NCBI GenBank assembly: GCA_964457525.1
Contig: CAYWGS010000002.1
Coordinates: forward strand, 3,514 to 35,513
Source: an uncultured Erysipelotrichaceae bacterium
Lineage (GTDB): Bacteria > Bacillota_I > Bacilli_A > Erysipelotrichales > Erysipelotrichaceae
Direction: 5' to 3'
DNA: 32,000 nt
Shown here: piece after piece, positions 28,511 through 32,000 of the stretch
Position numbering within the stretch: position 1 is the stretch's first letter
How the letters are laid out: each line of letters begins with the position of its first letter
Position numbers and translations under genes: made by a program
Notes under the pieces: model-generated
The model's database searches: none
Told to the model about the DNA's origin: nothing
What the model saw: the letters and a program-made list of their open reading frames with translations, nothing else

Positions 28511-28722
28511 ATTGTTTCCTCCAATAAAAAAACGTTCCTACAGGAACGTTATAAACACGCGGTACCATCCTGCTTCATATTACTATGCAGCTCATTTCCT
28601 TAACGCGGAACACGGAAGGTTCTCTTCTCTATAAAGTGGCTTCAGTTGATTATCCTAAGAACTTGCACCGACCGTTCTCTCTCTACAAAGCTTCACAACT
28701 TACTACTCTTTAGTACGATTTC
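28511..28722 (-). promoter_or_regulatory. T-box leader (alanine specifier, read as GCC) controlling alaS
   Basis: Minus-strand read shows an AGAGA box, distal loop GGUGCAA and specifier context GAA-GCC-A (GCC = 28640-28638). It also shows F-box CGCGUUAAGG and the T-box sequence GGAUGGUACCGCG (~28557-28572). A terminator hairpin AACGUUCCUGUAGGAACGUU (28531-28550) plus U-run precedes the GGAGG RBS. Confidence 0.88.
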
Positions 28723-28728
28723 GTGATT

Positions 28729-28756
28729 AGTATAGCATAAATACCTTAAATTTCAA
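28729..28756 (-). promoter_or_regulatory. Sigma-A promoter of the alaS T-box leader
   Basis: Minus strand: TTGAAA (28756-28751, inside the last codons of trpS), 16 nt spacer, TGCTATACT (extended -10; hexamer 28734-28729). Confidence 0.6.
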
Positions 28757-29729
28757 TGCCTACTTTCGTTTGTACATCGATTAATGTTTGATGAGCAATC
28801 GGTGTTACATTTGTTTTACCGGATAATAGAACTTTAGTAAGTACATCTTCATTAAGAAGTTCAAGGTATCGAGACTGAAGAGAAGTCAATAATTTTTCAA
28901 CTTCAGATGCGACTGCTTTCTTTAGATTTCCATACCCTTGTCCTTCAAATGATTTGACTAACTCAGGAATTGGAATACCGGATAGAGCGGAATGAATGGT
29001 TAATAGGTTACTTACACCTGGTTGTTCCACAGGATTATATTGAATAATTCCCAATGAATCCGTTACAGCCGACATGACTTTCTTACGAGCTACTTCTGGT
29101 TTATCTAAAAGATAAATACATCCCTTATCGGAATCATCGGATTTACTCATCTTTTTGGTTGGATCACTCAACGACATAATACGTGCCCCTTGTTTAGGAA
29201 TAAGCGGTTCAGGTACTTTGAAGGTTTCACCATAACGATTATTGAAACGATTTGCGATATCTCGCGTTAATTCAACGTGTTGTTTCTGATCATCCCCAAC
29301 AGGAACATAATCCGGTTGATAGGCTAAGATATCCGCTGCCATCAACGTAGGATACACGTAGAATCCGGAGCTTAGACTATCTTCCCCTTTAGATTGTTTA
29401 TCCTTATATTGTGTCATACGATTGAGTTCACCCATATAGGTATTGCATGCAAGGATAAATCCAAGTTGGGCTTGTTCCATGATATCGGATTGCATAAATA
29501 TCTGAGTTTTCTTTGGATCTAATCCACAGGCTAAGTATAAAAGAACTGTATCTCTCAAATTCTTTCTGAGTGATTCAGGGTCTTGATACACTGTCAAAGT
29601 ATGTAAGTTCGCTATAAAAACATACATTTCATATTCATCTTGATACTTCACAAATTCCTTGAGTGCTCCAATATAATTCCCTAAGGTTAATTGTCCGCTT
29701 GGCTTAATGCCGCTTAACATTCTTTTCAT
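28746..29729 (-). CDS. trpS: Tryptophan--tRNA ligase
   Basis: Start set at ATG 29729 (MKRMLSGIKPSGQLTLGNYIGA) with an AAGGAGG RBS. Exact KMSKS motif (TKKMSKSD). The 14-codon upstream extension in the track lies inside the T-box terminator region. Confidence 0.95.
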   Translation of the reverse strand: MKRMLSGIKPSGQLTLGNYIGALKEFVKYQDEYEMYVFIANLHTLTVYQDPESLRKNLRDTVLLYLACGLDPKKTQIFMQSDIMEQAQLGFILACNTYMGELNRMTQYKDKQSKGEDSLSSGFYVYPTLMAADILAYQPDYVPVGDDQKQHVELTRDIANRFNNRYGETFKVPEPLIPKQGARIMSLSDPTKKMSKSDDSDKGCIYLLDKPEVARKKVMSAVTDSLGIIQYNPVEQPGVSNLLTIHSALSGIPIPELVKSFEGQGYGNLKKAVASEVEKLLTSLQSRYLELLNEDVLTKVLLSGKTNVTPIAHQTLIDVQTKVGIEI

Positions 29730-29946
29730 AATGTCCTCCTTAACATAAAAAAATGCTCGATAGGGACGCATTACCGTGGTACCACCCTAATTATCGAACA
29801 TTCGATCACTTAACCATAACGCTGGTTCGCGTAAGCATTGCTTCAATTCATGAAACCCAATTCACTTTAACGCTTTGTATCCTTTGCACCACCAGGATAT
29901 CGCTTTTGTCCATCGTTTAAGCTACTTTATTTCAATCAATATCTTT
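29730..29946 (-). promoter_or_regulatory. T-box leader (tryptophan specifier UGG) controlling trpS
   Basis: Minus-strand read shows distal-loop-like UGGUGGUGCAAA and specifier context GAAU-UGG-G followed by UUUCAUGAA (UGG = 29859-29857). It also shows F-box AGCGUUAUGG and the T-box sequence UUAGGGUGGUACCACGG (~29774-29790). A short hairpin plus UUUUUUU precedes the RBS. Confidence 0.85.
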
Positions 29947-29952
29947 AACTTT

Positions 29953-29980
29953 ATTATACTCACAAACATTTTATGTGCAA
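29953..29980 (-). promoter_or_regulatory. Sigma-A promoter of the trpS T-box leader
   Basis: Minus strand: TTGCAC (29980-29975), 16 nt spacer, TATAAT (29958-29953). Confidence 0.6.
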
Positions 29981-29986
29981 GTGAAC

Positions 29987-31387
29987 TTAATCTTTTGATT
30001 TAGGACGAACTAGTAAACCTGCGAAGATTCCTACGATAGAGACGATGAGGTAAATCGCAACCATTGGGCTCAAGAAACCACCATAGATTGCGGTGCATGC
30101 GCCAATAATTGCTAAGACTGGGAACACAAGACCTTCGAAAATATTATCAACTCGTTTCATGAAGTATTCTTTGATAACTCCAGAAAAGATGAGTACTAAG
30201 AAGAAATAGATGAGGATTATTGCGATTTCATCTACATTGATTCCTTTAAACATCGTCCAATTGTAATTCATGACACCAATGGTTGTCGCAAAATGAAAGA
30301 ACAACCAAACGAGTGAAACACCAAAAGTAAACACAGCAGAGAACAATGGAATATCGGTTTTCTTATCAACCTTAGCAAATTTCTCAGATGCAGGTAATTC
30401 ATTTCGTAAGCCTAACGCATAAGGTAAACGAATATACGCTAAAGATAATCCATTACACGTTCCTAGTACTGAAATAACAACCGCAACAAGTACTAAACGA
30501 TAACCAATGGATCCAAAGAATTGTTCCGCAAATACAGATACTGCTCCATCCCCTAACGCAAGAACTTGATCTGGACCTAATACTGCATTGATTCCAACGA
30601 AATATGCAATATAAATAATCATAATCATGAGAGGTGCAAACGTAAGTGCTAATGGAAGATTACGTTTTGGATTCTTAATCTCATGTGCAATCGAAGGAGC
30701 AACCTGCCATCCATCAAAGGCAAAGGCAACAGGCACAAGTGCGGCAAAGAAACCTCCACCAATTTGACCAATATCACTGACATGATTGACCGCAACAGGA
30801 TTTCCCATGAAGATCCCTGTTAGGGCTAATAAAATTAAGGCTAATACTTTAAGAATCATCGCAAAACTTTGGAACTTACCTGCTTCTTTTGTTTTGAATG
30901 AGTTAAATACGAAGAAGACAATAATTAAGATTAATGTTAATAACCATTCGGTTAAACTAAATGGGAATGCCCAATCTGGAACAAACGCTAGTTTTATCCC
31001 AAACAAAGTTCCAGGTTCTGTCCAACCAAATAAGATTGATGTATACATTGCCGCAACCCATGTGACGACTGCGACGAGTGATGGATAGTAAAAGAAAATT
31101 TGAAACCAACCAGCAAGATAACCCCAAGTTTTACCCCAAGCAAGTTCAGAATAGGTAATCAACCCGCCAACATTCTCGTCTCTTTTTGCGAGTACTGCGA
31201 TTGTTAATCCCCCGAATACAATTCCAAACCCTCCTAATGCCCAAGCTAAAACCCCTAAGAAGACTGAACCATTAACCGCCGCAAGAATATTATCGGTTTT
31301 AAAGAAGATTCCTGAACCAATAACAATCCCTACAATCATTGCAGTAGTGGTTAATAAACCAAACTTTCTCTTTTGTAGATTCTCCAT
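29987..31387 (-). CDS. APC-superfamily amino acid permease (substrate unknown)
   Basis: 466 aa with about 12 TM helices. N-terminal LLTTTAMIVGIVIGSGIF motif typical of APC amino-acid transporters. RBS AAAGGATGA. Confidence 0.8.
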   Translation of the reverse strand: MENLQKRKFGLLTTTAMIVGIVIGSGIFFKTDNILAAVNGSVFLGVLAWALGGFGIVFGGLTIAVLAKRDENVGGLITYSELAWGKTWGYLAGWFQIFFYYPSLVAVVTWVAAMYTSILFGWTEPGTLFGIKLAFVPDWAFPFSLTEWLLTLILIIVFFVFNSFKTKEAGKFQSFAMILKVLALILLALTGIFMGNPVAVNHVSDIGQIGGGFFAALVPVAFAFDGWQVAPSIAHEIKNPKRNLPLALTFAPLMIMIIYIAYFVGINAVLGPDQVLALGDGAVSVFAEQFFGSIGYRLVLVAVVISVLGTCNGLSLAYIRLPYALGLRNELPASEKFAKVDKKTDIPLFSAVFTFGVSLVWLFFHFATTIGVMNYNWTMFKGINVDEIAIILIYFFLVLIFSGVIKEYFMKRVDNIFEGLVFPVLAIIGACTAIYGGFLSPMVAIYLIVSIVGIFAGLLVRPKSKD

Positions 31388-31430
31388 TTTCTTTCATCCT
31401 TTTTCATGTAACATTATGAAATATATCCTA

Positions 31431-31459
31431 AGTTTAAACAACTCATTTCATATCGTCAA
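31431..31459 (-). promoter_or_regulatory. Putative promoter of the permease gene
   Basis: Minus strand: TTGACG (31459-31454), 17 nt spacer, TAAACT (31436-31431). Confidence 0.4.
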
Positions 31460-31490
31460 CATTTTTCTTTTAAAAAGTAAGAGAACTATG

Positions 31491-31496
31491 TATAAT
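31491..31496 (+). promoter_or_regulatory. Putative -10 box for spx-like gene
   Basis: TATAAT at 31491-31496, preceded by TG, about 22 nt upstream of the ATG and followed by a GGAGG RBS (31507-31511). No convincing -35. Confidence 0.4.
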
Positions 31497-31518
31497 ATAT
31501 AAATATGGAGGACATACC

Positions 31519-31989
31519 ATGATTGTTGTATACACTTCACCTGGTTGTGCTAGTTGCCGTAAAGTTAAACAATGGTTGAAAGATCGTAACTTAAAGTTCA
31601 TCGAAAAGAATATTTTTTCGACTTTATTAAATGAAAACGAGATTCGTCATTTATTGATGCGTAGTGAAAATGGTACAGAAGATATTATTTCTAAACGTTC
31701 AAAGATTATTCAAGAAAGACAAATTGATGTCGAAGAGATGTCAATCAAAGATTTAGTTCGATTTGTTCAACAGAACCCTTCGGTTCTAAAAAGACCCATC
31801 ATTATTAATGAGCGGAACTTCTTAGTCGGTTACGATGAAGAAGAAATCGGTGCATTCGTCCCTCAAGAACTTCGTAGAGTGGCTTGTGCTGCATGTACTT
31901 CGGATTGTCCAAGTTATGCGGTATGTGGTCATACACGTGAAGATGTAGATCTTGATAAGGCAAATCAACCAAGGTTAAAAGCTGTTTAA
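31519..31989 (+). CDS. spx: Spx/ArsC-family RNA-polymerase-binding redox regulator with Cys-rich C-terminal extension
   Basis: Residues 1-120 align by eye with B. subtilis Spx (MxxxYTSPxCxSCRK, KFIEKNIF, GTEDIISKRSK, LKRPIIINE, VGYDEEEI), including the N-terminal CASC redox pair. It is 156 aa against my recollection of ~131 aa for Spx. The extra tail is VACAACTSDCPSYAVCGHTREDVDLDKANQPRLKAV. Confidence 0.85.
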   Translation: MIVVYTSPGCASCRKVKQWLKDRNLKFIEKNIFSTLLNENEIRHLLMRSENGTEDIISKRSKIIQERQIDVEEMSIKDLVRFVQQNPSVLKRPIIINERNFLVGYDEEEIGAFVPQELRRVACAACTSDCPSYAVCGHTREDVDLDKANQPRLKAV

Positions 31990-32000
31990 TCAACAGCTTT
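31978..32000 (+). terminator. Probable terminator hairpin of spx (U-tract beyond window end)
   Basis: 9-bp perfect stem AAAGCTGTT/AACAGCTTT (31978-31986 pairs with 31992-32000). The loop TAATC contains the TAA stop. The window ends at the stem, so a U-run cannot be verified. Confidence 0.5.

Noticed and set aside
29851-29862. Alternative reading of the trpS T-box specifier as UUG (Leu)
   Set aside because: Alignment with the tyrS and alaS leaders in this window (codon, purine, 3-4 nt, AUGA/AUAGAG) fits UGG-G better, and the downstream gene is trpS. A covariance-model alignment would settle it.
1-32000. Scan for CRISPR arrays, tandem or inverted repeat elements, IS or transposase, integrase, phage or toxin-antitoxin genes, tRNA or rRNA genes
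   Set aside because: None seen. All intergenic regions longer than 60 nt are explained by T-box leaders, promoters or terminators, and every ORF of 60 aa or more not antisense to a better gene has a housekeeping or hypothetical assignment above.

Overview
Low-GC (roughly 35-40% by spot counts) Bacillota-type chromosomal segment. It is almost entirely core housekeeping genes, 33 of 35 on the minus strand, and very tightly packed. Gene order mirrors several Bacillus subtilis neighbourhoods as I recall them: tyrS...ccpA...ytxH-ytxG-murC; ytoP-like M42 peptidase/trmB/pepV; rpsO-pnp; lepA-hemW; rpsT/holA/comEC/comEA; greA-udk-mltG-yrzB-ruvX-ireB-alaS. Three T-box leaders are readable, for tyrS, alaS and trpS, with specifiers UAC, GCC and UGG. 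Several intrinsic terminators and sigma-A-type promoters are also visible. I found no rRNA, tRNA, CRISPR array, IS or transposon, prophage or integrase gene, and no recognisable defence genes. I therefore see no convincing discrete novel multi-gene system, and this looks like an ordinary core region. The best second-look candidates are: (1) an isolated DUF937/DUF4332 bicistron at a synteny break between hemW and rpsO; (2) a disordered Pro/Glu/Lys-rich protein and an acidic-tailed lipoprotein wedged directly upstream of murC; (3) an Spx paralogue with a Cys4-His C-terminal extension; (4) a small MazG-like gene translationally coupled between lepA and hemW; (5) an apparently leaderless holA; (6) comEA-comEC embedded without an obvious promoter in a housekeeping gene string. 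All product calls come from reading the translations and from remembered family signatures. No database search was run.
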